The translations under genes were made by a program, and so were the position numbers. The notes under the pieces were generated by a model. That model was not told where the DNA came from, made no database searches, and saw nothing but the letters and a program-made list of their open reading frames with translations. A DNA stretch of 64,000 nt, from assembly GCA_973895155.1 (NCBI GenBank), contig OZ316892.1, forward strand, positions 19,321,457-19,385,456, written 5' to 3'. This document shows positions 49,160 through 60,137 of this stretch, piece by piece. The stretch's first letter is position 1. Each line of letters opens with the position of its first letter. This stretch comes from Marsupella aquatica (lineage: Eukaryota; Plantae; Marchantiophyta).

Positions 49160-50143
49160 AGAAAGAGCATACCATAATTTTGGTGGAAAGCATGATTGAG
49201 GGGTACATAAAAAGGATCTCCGAAGTCTCCACCAAAAGGAGTGAGTCCTCATGAATTTTGCAATAAATTGGGGGGTGTTACACTCAAGGGCCAAGATGTA
49301 GAAGGACCAAATCAAAGGCTGGATTTGAATATCAATAAAAAATGCATTAAGTATTCATTTGGACCGGTTGAAGTACAGTCTAGATGCATAATTCCTATCT
49401 TGGACTTTAGCAAGGACGATGTATAAATGTTCTCCTTGGATCCCGTGACATTGAATAGAGCAAGTTGCGGCTCGCAGTGTGTTTGAATATAAGGACTCAT
49501 AGTCGATGCTTTTGAAAACAAGGACTAAAGTGGGCAAGGACTCATAGTCGATGTTTGAAATTGATCGCGGATTTTGTTCTAAGCACAAGTTAGGCTTGAA
49601 TTGTCTTGGGACGGGCAGGCACCAACAACGAAGGGCTTAGGGGTTAGGGATGGCTATGGTGGTCGATTACTCATTGAAGGAGCTTGCGCCATACACACGC
49701 AATGTGAGAGTTGAGTTGTTGGGGATGGGGCATAGTTGGATAGTTGAAGCTTTGGATCGCGAGTTGATGATTCATCGTGGAAGTTTGATTTACAGCAATG
49801 CATCTTGGAGATTGCCCATAGGAGGAGCACTGTGATTGAAGCGTTGGTGGACCTTAGGCGATTGTTGAGCTTTGCCATGGTGCTCGCAGGATCAAATGAG
49901 TAGGCAAGTTTAGAAGTATTGGCCTAGTATCAGGTAGAATCTGAATGCTCAGATGCTCCGCATCCCGCTCAATACCTCCCAAGTTCTGTCTAGTACTTGA
50001 TGCGGTGCCTGATATCGGACGGCCAGTCTTGCTGAAGTCCACGATGCCCTAGCAAGAGAGAGATCAGAAAGGCGAAACCTTAGCAGACGCAAGTCCTATT
50101 GTAATAGGCAGCAACGGATCACCCATGGACAATTGATTGCACA

Positions 50144-52613
50144 TGGTGGTTTGTTTGGTTCTAGAGGTGTGCTTGGTGAAGTCAGTGGTGACACACTTTT
50201 GTCCTCCACTGTTTCCTTTGAAGCGGAAACAATTTCTTCTTTCATTCGCTTGACAGCTCTCTTGATATCCTTCTGGAGTGCAACCTCATTCTCGACCTTT
50301 TCCAGCTCTACCAACTGCTCCTTCACACTAGCTGTGACTGCCAGAAAAAATAAACTGGGATGCGTTCGATCAAAATCACTATCCTGGGAAGGACTGGGAT
50401 CACCAAGTATGACTTGCGGGTCCTCAGTGACAGGGGCTTTGTCGCTAGAACCCGAAGACGTGGAATCAGACGCATCTTCCTTCCATGGCTTCTTTTTCTT
50501 GGTAATCCCCTCCCACCTTTGCTTCCTTCTGGTGGATCTAGTGGACACACGGTAACAATCGGCATCAACCTCTTCTTCAGAATAAGTGGACAGGGCGTCT
50601 GCTTCATTGTCAGAAGGTGCAAATTCCCCTCGTGCTTCTTCACGCCATCCTAAGTCAATATGATTTACCTGGGCTCCTCCTGGCATAGTTCCTTCTAGCA
50701 GTACCTTTGGTGCGGGTTTGACAGGTACAGCAGCCATCCCGGCTAACCAAATAGGGCATTGGGTAAGTATATGCCCTTCTCCTTTGCAACCCATACAAAG
50801 CTTGACTGGCTGACCATCCGCCTGCTTCCTTGCATTGGTGCACTCCCAGGAGAAGTGACCTGGTTGACCACAGTTGTAGCATGCTGCAAATCTCTGAACA
50901 TTTGGTTGTGGAGGTGTAGTTGGATTTTGAATGATGCGTGGATACATCTCCCTTGCATTGGTTCTCAATGCTCCCCACAAAGAGGTGGGTCGGTTAGCCA
51001 AATCTCGGGCTCCGACCTCACTAATGCCGAACACACTATCCGCGGCATCTCCAAGTATGTACTCCACCTCCAACTCTCCTATTGTTCCCTCGGTTATCAA
51101 TCAAACATGCTTTGTACCACGCTTTGGACAGACATCCTTGTGATGTCCGGTGGTATAACAATGAGCGCACCATACTGAGGTGTCATCGGCTGCCTCCCTC
51201 GTCTTTGGCTGGGAGTTGGCTAATAACATCTTTAACTGCTCTGTGATCGCTGTCAATTGATCTGGAGATGCTTTCTTAGGATCAACCTTGGTTCTCACCT
51301 TCTCCACAATGTTATCCTTCTTTTTGAATTTCTTTTTTTACTCTTTTCATCATCCTCTGAACTGGAAGATGTTTCACCCTTACCGGTAGCATCCTCAGAG
51401 CTGCTACTCCCCTCCCTGGCTTTCTTGGATTGCTTTTTCTTTTCTTTTTTCTTGCCTGATCCCTCTTCAGAAGATGAGTCCTTGCATTTTTAGTGTTTTT
51501 TCCTGCTCATGATATCTGCATTGATGTAGAGCTGAATATCATGGATTACTTCGGCTAGAGATTCCGGATTCCCCTTCCGAATCGCAAAACTCATCTTCTG
51601 TGGTAAAGCATTAACCAACTATTGCAACTGCATTTCATTTGATGCATTGGTCTTGGTTTGCCGTACCAATTTGTGGAATCGTTGCAAAAACTTTCAGAAA
51701 GACTTGTTCTCCTTGAATTGAAGCCGTCCTAGCTTCAACATTGCCAATTCGGATGTCCCAATGGGACGGAATTCTTTGACAAATAGTTGCTTAAAGGTGA
51801 TCCACTCATTCTGCTCTCCGGGTTCCAAATTATAGTACCACGGTCGAGCCTCACCTTTAAACAACCCAGGTAAGATTTGCATCTTGATAGCAGACTCTCC
51901 ATTAGCCGTTGCGGTCAATTGCAAGATTGAGGGGGGCAAAAGGACGCAAAAAGGATTAGCTCAAAAAGGAGAGAAAAAGGACTCAAAGATCATAAGATTT
52001 AGTTGAACACCACTTCCATACAGGTTTGACACACTTCCAAAATTATTGTGCACACTTCCAAGAAGATTGGGACTTCCTAAAAGCCTGGACACACTTCCAA
52101 AGACTTGGCATGCAAGATCTCACCATCCAATCTCAACAAACTAATCCTAGCCATTTGGTGTAACACCTTGTCCACCCCTTGTAAATTGGAAAGGACTAGA
52201 ATCCTTTTGGTGGAGAAATTGGATATCCTTTTTGCCCCCCTCAAGCTTGCAATTGACCTTGCCGTACCATCAAACTCCTCAAGCCAGTCATCCGGATCCT
52301 CCTCATGCTTTCCATGAAATGCCTTATAATGGATTTGTGATCTTTGGCTGAGCCATGGTGTTGCTCGACCACCAAATTGTGGGTCTGGCTCACCCATTCC
52401 GAGTACTGGTGAACTGGGTTGGGTACTGGGCACTTTGCTACTTGACAGATCCCCTTCTTCACTCACCAGTTCCTCTTCAAAAGCACTTTGCGACCCGCCG
52501 TTGCGGGTTACAACCTTCACTTTCCGTGACTCCTTCCACTTTTGAATTTGCTGCACCCGTGATTCTTCCCTTTGTGCTGCTTGACCTTCCCTTGGTGTGA
52601 ATTCGTTCATCAC
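50144..52613 (-). pseudogene. Ty3/gypsy gag with three CCHC zinc knuckles, truncated before pol
   Basis: FHGKHEEDPDDWLEEF, LFKGEARPWY...W..FKQLFVKEF (retrotransposon gag pattern). Knuckles CAHCYTTGHHKDVC, CYNCGQPGHFSWEC and CMGCKGEGHILTQC. Stops, frameshifts and a MITE insertion. Confidence 0.9.
51913..52258. mobile_element. MITE 1 (346 bp) with 4-bp TSD
   Basis: TIRs GGTCAATTGCAAGATTGAGGGGGGCAAAAGGA / TCCTTTTTGCCCCCCTCAAGCTTGCAATTGACC; TSD TTGC. Removing it restores gag frame FDGTATANGE. Confidence 0.92.
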
Positions 52614-52651
52614 CTATCCCTACGCAGCACACAACTCACAAGTAAGAATGC

Positions 52652-52669
52652 CCCCTCCATCTAGCGCCA
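52652..52669 (-). promoter_or_regulatory. PBS, tRNA-Asn type as in Tat-lineage gypsy elements
   Basis: Minus strand TGGCGCTAGATGGAGGGG, 4 nt after the LTR end CACA. One mismatch from TGGCGCTAGAAGGAGGG, the complement of the plant tRNA-Asn(GUU) 3' end as I recall it. Confidence 0.8.
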
Positions 52670-54047
52670 AAAATGTGGTGCATTTCCCAACCCTCTAACC
52701 CCAAGAACTATCTACAACCGGCCATGAACCCCTACTTATGGTCGGCTTATGGTGGTTTGGCTGTCATTTGGCTTGGATACGCGGTCTACTCTCGATCCAC
52801 ACAATGCTGGACCAATTCTTTCACTGGGCTTGCAAATTGTGTATTGCTGAGACGCCTAATTCTCAATTGACTTCATCGGGTATGTTTGTATTCCGCCCCC
52901 GGAATGTACCTCTACGGCTTAATCTCTTAAGTCGGCTGAAGGTTTTTCTTAGACCGGCTCAACCCACACTTTAACCAACAAAACACTCTCAATCCTCACT
53001 TTTCTCTCAGAGTTTGGTTTGGCAGTCTCCAATCAAGACAATGCGATCGTATAGCTTCGCAGTCGCTCTATCTGACTGAAATTGATCAAGCGACAAGTAT
53101 CACAACACACAATGCCATGACTGTAAGCATCTGCAAACTAGGCATCAAGGCCAACTCAATTCAAACAATTGCACAGAAATGGAAATTGTGGTTTACTGAT
53201 AATCCGCGATCTAGATCTAGCCGAGAGGTTATGCTAGTAATACTGACTTTACACTAGAGTCTTGACTAAGAAAAAGCCTCCCGAGCCACGCTGCACAGGT
53301 TTTTATCCTTGCAGCGCGTCCAGGGGAATCGGCGGAAATCCAAACCACAAATCATGGCCTTCCACCGTGAAATCTAGCTAATTAACTAACACCTAACATA
53401 TTTTGACTTAACCTGGAACCTTGCGGGAACCAAGCATCTAATACAACGTAAGCCGACAGGGCGCTACTTGCCCTGTCCCATCCTACAACGGCCGCGCCCT
53501 TCTGGCCCAAACCCTTCTCCTACCGCCACGTCCTCCTTCCAACTGATGATTGGCCCTCCTTAATTGTCAGATGACTGGCGATAGGCCCGAATCTTCCGAC
53601 TCTGCACCTTCTCCTGCCATCAGCTCCGGCTTGATCCCTTTGGCTTCCTCGACCTCGGGTTCTGATTTATTGGCCCTGGCATTGGCAGTGGCATCTTCCT
53701 AGGAAACGGCTTGGATAGCGTTGGCCTTTACTTCCTCAATCAAAGCTTGCTCTCCAATCCGTTCGGTATCGATCTTCCATGGCTTTACATTTTGGTAGTC
53801 CATGGTGGCTGTACCGGTGTCTGAACCTGTTACCGCAGCTCCAAGTTCATTGGCATTACTTATCTCTACATACCATGGCTGCCTTCATAGCAACAGTCCC
53901 ACAAATGTGAGCAGCCATACTCTCAACCTCCTCTAGAGTGGCCTTGAGAGGTATCCCAGTAGTACTTGCTGGCCCCATGAATGTTTTGGCCACATCTGCT
54001 ACCAACTGCATTGCCTTACCCCCAGTTACTCTTGACAATATAGATGT

Positions 54048-57000
54048 TGTGATGCCTAGACAGGAATCACTCGGCCAGTTAAGTGGGTAAAGCAGGAAGG
54101 CACCCTAGAAACACCTTAGTATAGGGACAAAACAAGGAAAATATAAACAATTAGGGGCGACCATGGAACCCGGGCCGAGGCCGGAGGTAAGGACGCTGGG
54201 GGTGAAAACTCGATTAGGGTTAGGGCGCGTTAAGCGTCGGCGGCTAGGAAGGATCAACGGGAGGAAGGACCTGAAGAGGAGAGGGGTAAGGAGCGCTTGC
54301 AGGAGATGGTGGCTCATGCGAGCACGAACTAGGCAGACGACTATGGGAGGCCAACTACTGTCAGCTGCTTAGGCAAGCACTCGGGGAGAGAGTAGATACC
54401 GACGATCGACCTAAGGAGGGTATGAGCAACGTCAATCAAGCGGCACATTTCTGGGGATGCCTGTTCGAACGGGCAACTGAGTACATCAAGACTTACGAGG
54501 ACGAGGAATCAGAAAGGGCAGCTCGAGAACGGCAGGAGCTCGCTTGATTGTGGGAGCTGCAGAAGATGGCTTTCTTAGGAGGCGAACTCATCAAGGACGA
54601 GTTCTTGTGGACTCCTACTTCCAATCAACTCGACGATCTTCTGTTTTGCAAAGACAACGTCGTCGGCATCCGAGAGGCCATCAAGAACTGCAACGACATA
54701 CACTGGGAATTAAAGGGTAGCACGGAAAGGTGGACCCAAGCAACGGTGCTAGGAGAAACCTCCACGGCAACAGAGATGAAGAGGAAGGGAGCCGTCAACG
54801 ATGAAGCCACCCCGGCAAAAAGAACGAGGTCGGCGGCACCAAAGAAGCCAGCCGAGCAGTAGAGCAAGAGGCAGGGAGAAGCCGAAGAGGAGGAGGTCGA
54901 TCCCATCAAGGCCATTCCAACCAGGGATGACACCTGGAAGGGCTGGGCGGCAACCCTACCGGTGGAGGTGCAACTACATTTTGCACGGGAGGAGGATGCA
55001 TGCTTTACGGCCATGCAGACCAAGAAGTACCAAGGCTTCATGGCCGGATCCGGCTTAGAGGCCTTTGTAAGATTACCATGGCTGAAGCCAGAGGTACCGG
55101 AGTCAGACCTATTAGAATTCGTGGGGTCATGGGAACCCGAGACCAATTGCACGAGGACATATGGGAAGGATTTCTATCTTACTCCCAAAGTGATTGCCGA
55201 AGTGTTTGGCTTGCCGATAGGCAATAAGACCAAAGTTGATACCAGGAAGACCTTGCCTGACAAGGAGTTCTGGTCGTTCCCCGGGCCATCAACGAAGAAT
55301 GGCTTCTTCCGGAACACCTACACCAACCCGCACATAGGAGAGATGATCGACTTCTTGCGGGTGACCATGCATTGTAACTTGCCGAGGGCAGAGATCGGCA
55401 AAGCACAGGTCTATCTGGCAGAGAGGCCAGACCCAAGCCGGGACTACAACGGGTACCTCCTCAACCAATTGAAGAAGATCTTAAAGGAGGAGCAACAGGT
55501 AATCGGCATGGGGAGCGTGTCGCGGCTTGGCTATCACATGCCGCTGTTGTGCCGGTATGCCAGAGGTCAGACTTTTGCCCTAGTACTTCCCCTACAGGTA
55601 AGGGCACCCGAGGAAGCTCCAACGCCGAGGCCGTTAGCAGAGAAGCCTCAACCACTTGTTAGCCCTACGATCGAGCAGGTGTTTAGGCCAAGGACGGAGG
55701 ACTTGCCGATGCAGCAACCAGGCATGCAGAGTCTGCTGAAACTACTGGAGAAAGAAAAGAGATCGGCATCGACAACGACAACGGCAACGGCAACAATGCA
55801 GGACACTACTCCAGAGGTAGGCCTACACCGGCTCACAAGAGAAAACCCCTTTGCTGGAGACAAGGAGAGAATCAGGCCGGAATCCAAGCCAGGTGTTCGA
55901 ATGTATGTGGGAGTCTCAAGCTCTGAATCTGAGGCAGAATTGCCTGAAGCTCCTACCGACGAAGAGGAGAGGGAGAAGCCGGATGTCCAAGAAGTAGAGG
56001 AGGCAGTGGAGGACTACAGCCATGATAATTCTGGCTATGGGTCGGACCATCACGTTCCAGGAGTAAGGACCTGTGGCCGGTTTGTCCCCACGCTTCCAAG
56101 GGTAGTACGAGGGGACCCCAACCAGCAGAGTAGCCCTGAGTCTCCCCCACCAGATGTTGCTCCCCCGAGCTTTGACGGCATAAAACAGACGGCGCAGGAA
56201 TTTCAGGAGCGAATCAGGCAGGAAGAGGAGGCAGCCCTGGCTAGGGAAAAGGATTTACCAGGAGGAGATTGGCCGGAGGACATCAGGCGGCTAGCCGAAA
56301 AAGGAAGCAAACCTCTAGCCACGATTGAAGAGATCCGCAAGACGGCTTGGGAGCAGAGGCCGCGATGGGCGATGCCGATCACTCCTACTTACTCCACCTA
56401 CGCTAAAAATAGAGCCATGGAGTATGGTGAGATGTGTGGGGAACTTGCGCTCGGCATCTTTGGAGAGGAGTTGGAGGTAGGGCCCTTTTTCCATAAGGAG
56501 CAGTTGGAGAAGCACCAATTAGAAGAAGCGGTGGCTTTAGAGAGAAGCAAGAAGGACGAGGTCATTCGGCGGCTTAGGAGGATGGAAGCCGAGATTGAAG
56601 ACCTAAGGGCGGCCAAGAAAGCCCAAGATGAACTGCGGATTAAACGGCATGAGCTGAACATCATGCAGGGGCAGTTGGACACCGCGCAGGCTGATAATCG
56701 GAATATCAAGGATAAACTGACTCAGACGCAGGGAGAGTTGGCCGATACGATCAAAGAGAGGGAGAAGTGGAAGCGAGAGCTGAAGAATACAGAGGAGGCC
56801 CACATAACAACCAACAGCCGGGCCATGGCGGAGACCCAAAGAAAGGAATGGGCGTTGAAGGGGGAGCTCGAGAAAATCCGCGGAGCCCTTGAGCAGAAGG
56901 AGGCCGAGTTAGGGAAATCCTATCAAGGGATTATGGCGCTGCAGCAGGAGCTTGCGTCCCTGACGGCCAGCTTCAAGGCCGACCTAAGGGAGAAGGACGA

Positions 57001-58712
57001 GATGCTCGATCAGACTTACGCCAAGATGAACCAGATGGAGTCTGTCATCATTGCAGAGCTCGACAAGGAGCTAAGAGCAACCCGGGAGGAGAGGACTACC
57101 TTGAAAAAAGAACAGGAGGAAGCCCAGAAGGAACTAGAGGAGGCGCGCAAGGACCTGGATGAGACCCAGGAGGAGTTGGAGGAAATCACGAGGAAGATGG
57201 AGAACCTCCAGCGGCGGGCCGACAACCAAACAGAGCGGCTGAAGAAACAAGCCGCAGTATTTAAGTGCTTGTCTTCATCAGGCCCAACTCCAATTGGGGC
57301 AACCAAGTTACCAGGAGTGGTACTGGCCGAAGAAAAAGCCGCGCCACCTGCACCAGTGCCGGAAGTAAGTGGGAAGGGGAAGGGACCAGCTGCCGAACCA
57401 GAAAAGAAGAAGAAGCGGAAACCTTCAGGGTCAAAGAGTAATCCGACTCCACAGGCCGTGGTGACCAAGGAGGTAGACCCAGCACCAACCTCCGGCATGA
57501 ATACGGCAATAGATTCCGATATCATCAAGGGTGGGGGTGGTGCGGCCCAAGCCGAACTACTCGGTAATGAGGCCGGTATCCCAGATCCGCCTCTTGAGCA
57601 GGCCGGGGAGACCGTAGCCGAGGCTGAGGCCGTAACCGATTCCCGAGCCGGTGCCGACGCCGATGGTGGACCCAGTCAGGCCGATGGAGAGTTGACTCAG
57701 TCAAGGGCAGGTAATCTGTCAGAGAACGAACCTACGGCAGTGGCTGAGGAGGAAGCGTTGGGGGCGTCCATTAAGGATCCACCACCGGTGTCGTGACGGT
57801 GCAAGGGCGCCGTTCCTTTTAGGAAGGGCGGACGTGGAGGGAGGAGGCGTGAGTGGGCAGGGCGGGCGCTGATCTCCAAGTTTAGGATTAGGATCAGGAC
57901 CAGGAGCGGCCCTGACACTTAGCTTAGTGGGATTACGGTTCCACTGGTAGGAGCAACACTTGTGCTCCTGCCTTGCTGTACATAGGTAGATCCGGGCAAG
58001 TAGATTACTGTTAGGTAGATTAGGCTTACGCTGCAAAGAATTAGGCGGATCCACTACCAGGATAAGTACCTGGGCAGCGGGGAGCTCAGGGCCTCTTCTT
58101 TAGCAAGTTTTTAGTTTGCACCAGCCGGGCTGGGATCAAGTAGTAAGGGAAGCTCTCGGTTAGTCATACAGTGACCCTTGTGTATATTCATGTTTCCTCA
58201 TGCCTAAGAACTGAATAGAGTTGGCCTCACGGCTTAGTTCGCAGAGCTTGTGTATGAGATGTACTGTTTGTATGGCAAGTGCATGGTATGACTCAGTCAG
58301 AAGGAGTCATTTTGCTATTTGTGTGTCGCATTAACTTGTGTGAAGAGTGCCCACATCAACTAACAGAAGGAAGGAAAGTAAGCAGGGGAGTGAGAGTTGG
58401 ATGTGTCGAGCTGAGAGAGGTCTTAGCGGCTTAACCAAGCCTATTGGGGATCATTCCGGCGGCGGAATCCAAACATACCTAACAAGACGGAGGGGAAGAC
58501 GAGGGAAGGCCTAGATTAGGCCGGCTACGTATCTCATGACCCGATGAAGGATCTGTCCAGTATATGTGTGTAAATGTTAATAGTAGTAGTAGAAGGTTAG
58601 CAGCGTCCCATGCCGCTAAGCCGCGGAAACGGCCTCGCCAAGCGCGAAACCTGCGGGAATCGGCTTGAGCTGGGGGGTTTCTTGGGTTTAGGGAGCCATG
58701 GGACGCACCACA
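54048..58712 (+). mobile_element. Giant solo LTR, copy 2 (4665 bp), inserted into LTR copy 3
   Basis: Termini TGTGATG...CACCACA; TSD GATGT/AATGT (4/5); reverse complement of 42575-47234. Confidence 0.93.
54163..57796 (+). pseudogene. LTR-encoded protein, copy 2, disrupted in its N-terminal quarter
   Basis: Same protein as 43496-47119. Small indels near 54195 and 54317; CGA>TGA near 54545; CAG>TAG at 54860-54862. The rest (over 940 codons) is open. Confidence 0.9.
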
Positions 58713-59794
58713 AATGTCGGCTTTGGCACTTCAGTATTTCCGGCTACCACGCCACTAGTGGGAGACCGTCCAATTGGTGATCCGTGCCCGGCTTCGGCAT
58801 ACTTTCACAACTTCTCTATTTGATTATCTGCACGCCTCTACAAGCCGATCATCTTCTCTTTGGCCTCCTCCAGCTCTTGGGATAAAAATCCTCAACTTCC
58901 TCATTAAGCCAATGCGCTTCATCCTTGGCCGCCTTGAGCTCCTTGTTTAAGATCTGCACGATCTCAAACTCCTTTTCATCCCAAGCGACTCTCTGGGAAT
59001 CGTTGATGATTTCCAACTTTGTGACCTCATCCATCCATGCCTGCTTTGTCCGAGTTATCTCCTCCTACAGCTCCTTGCATATCTGTTGAACTCGACTCAG
59101 GTGATCATTGGCCGCAGTGCACGTGGCGTCCTCATGCTTCTCTCGCATGGCCTCCAACCGGTCGAATAACTTGTCATACTTCCTTTGGGCTTCTGCCAAG
59201 GCTTTCTCGCTCTGGGTGGCTTGGTCCTTTGCCGTCTTTCTGAGCCTCTAGACTTGCCGATTTAGACCCTGTACCTCCGCTTTTGAATTGGCTAACTCCA
59301 GCTCTACTTTCATCAATTTTTCTTTGATCTGTTGGTTATCCAATTGGTAGTTTTCCAATTGGTTGTTTGCCACCTCCAATTCCTGCTGCTTAGCCAAGAG
59401 ATCCTGTTGAGCTTGTTGATCAAACTTTGTCTTAGCAACTTTGGCTTCCATGGAGCAAAGCCGAGCGATTACCTCCTCCTTCTTTAATTGCTCCAACATC
59501 ATTGCCTCCTCCAGCCTTGTCTGGTCAGCCATTTCCTTTCTAAGAAATGGTCCGGATTCTAACTCATTGCCAAAGATTTCTAAGGCTAGCAGTCCACACA
59601 TGTCTCCATACTCCCTAGCCCAATCCGTCGCATATTTTGACCTGCCAGGTGATACTGGCATTTGCCAACGAGGCCATTTCTCCCAAGCTTCTGCCCGTAA
59701 CTGATTGAAGTCAATGAGAGGCGCGACCTGCTTCTCACTAAGCCATTTTATTTCCTCCGGCCAATCACCGCCTGGTAGCTGCCGTTCTTGTATG

Positions 59795-60137
59795 ATCAAT
59801 CTATTCATTAAAAGTGAATTATTATTCAATTTATGAACATTTGGGTAACAGAAAGTGTACATTTGGCCTTCAAAAAGTGTACAATTAGGCAAGAAACAAA
59901 GTTGATTACCATCAGATGTACCACCATGTTCATCATTTGTAAATAAATTAGGATGAGACTGCTTCTAGTCAAGATCATTTTTGTTATCTCAAGTTTACAA
60001 TTGATCATTTAGGTGTAGAGTATTATACCATAGTGTACCTTTTGGGTTTCAAAAGTGTATATTTAGAGACCAAAAAGTGAACATTTAGAGGCCCAAAAGT
60101 GAACAAAATACAATACACTTTTAATGAATAGGGTGAT
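59795..60137. mobile_element. MITE 2 (343 bp, AT-rich) with 4-bp TSD
   Basis: TIRs ATCAATCTATTCATTAAAAGTG / CACTTTTAATGAATAGGGTGAT; TSD TATG; internal AAAAGTG(T/A)ACA repeats. Removing it restores ARNDIQERQLPGGDW. Confidence 0.92.

Larger units (their letters stand above)
38390..49282. mobile_element. Putative gypsy-type LTR sequence (38390 to about 40570, plus 49160-49282) split by later insertions
   Basis: Starts TGTGATC and ends GGGGGTGTTACA, a typical plant gypsy LTR terminus. Flanks CGCAA/CTCAA (4/5). Strand-biased G/T-rich non-coding sequence. Boundaries tentative. Confidence 0.4.

Noticed and set aside
49650-49900. Short plus-strand ORF MAMVVDYSLKELAP...
   Set aside because: Too short and frameshifted to assign; may be a remnant but unsupported.
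42575-58712. One giant TIR element or an inversion bounded by 4.7-kb inverted repeats
   Set aside because: Each repeat has its own TSD and TG..CA ends, so they are two independent LTR insertions.
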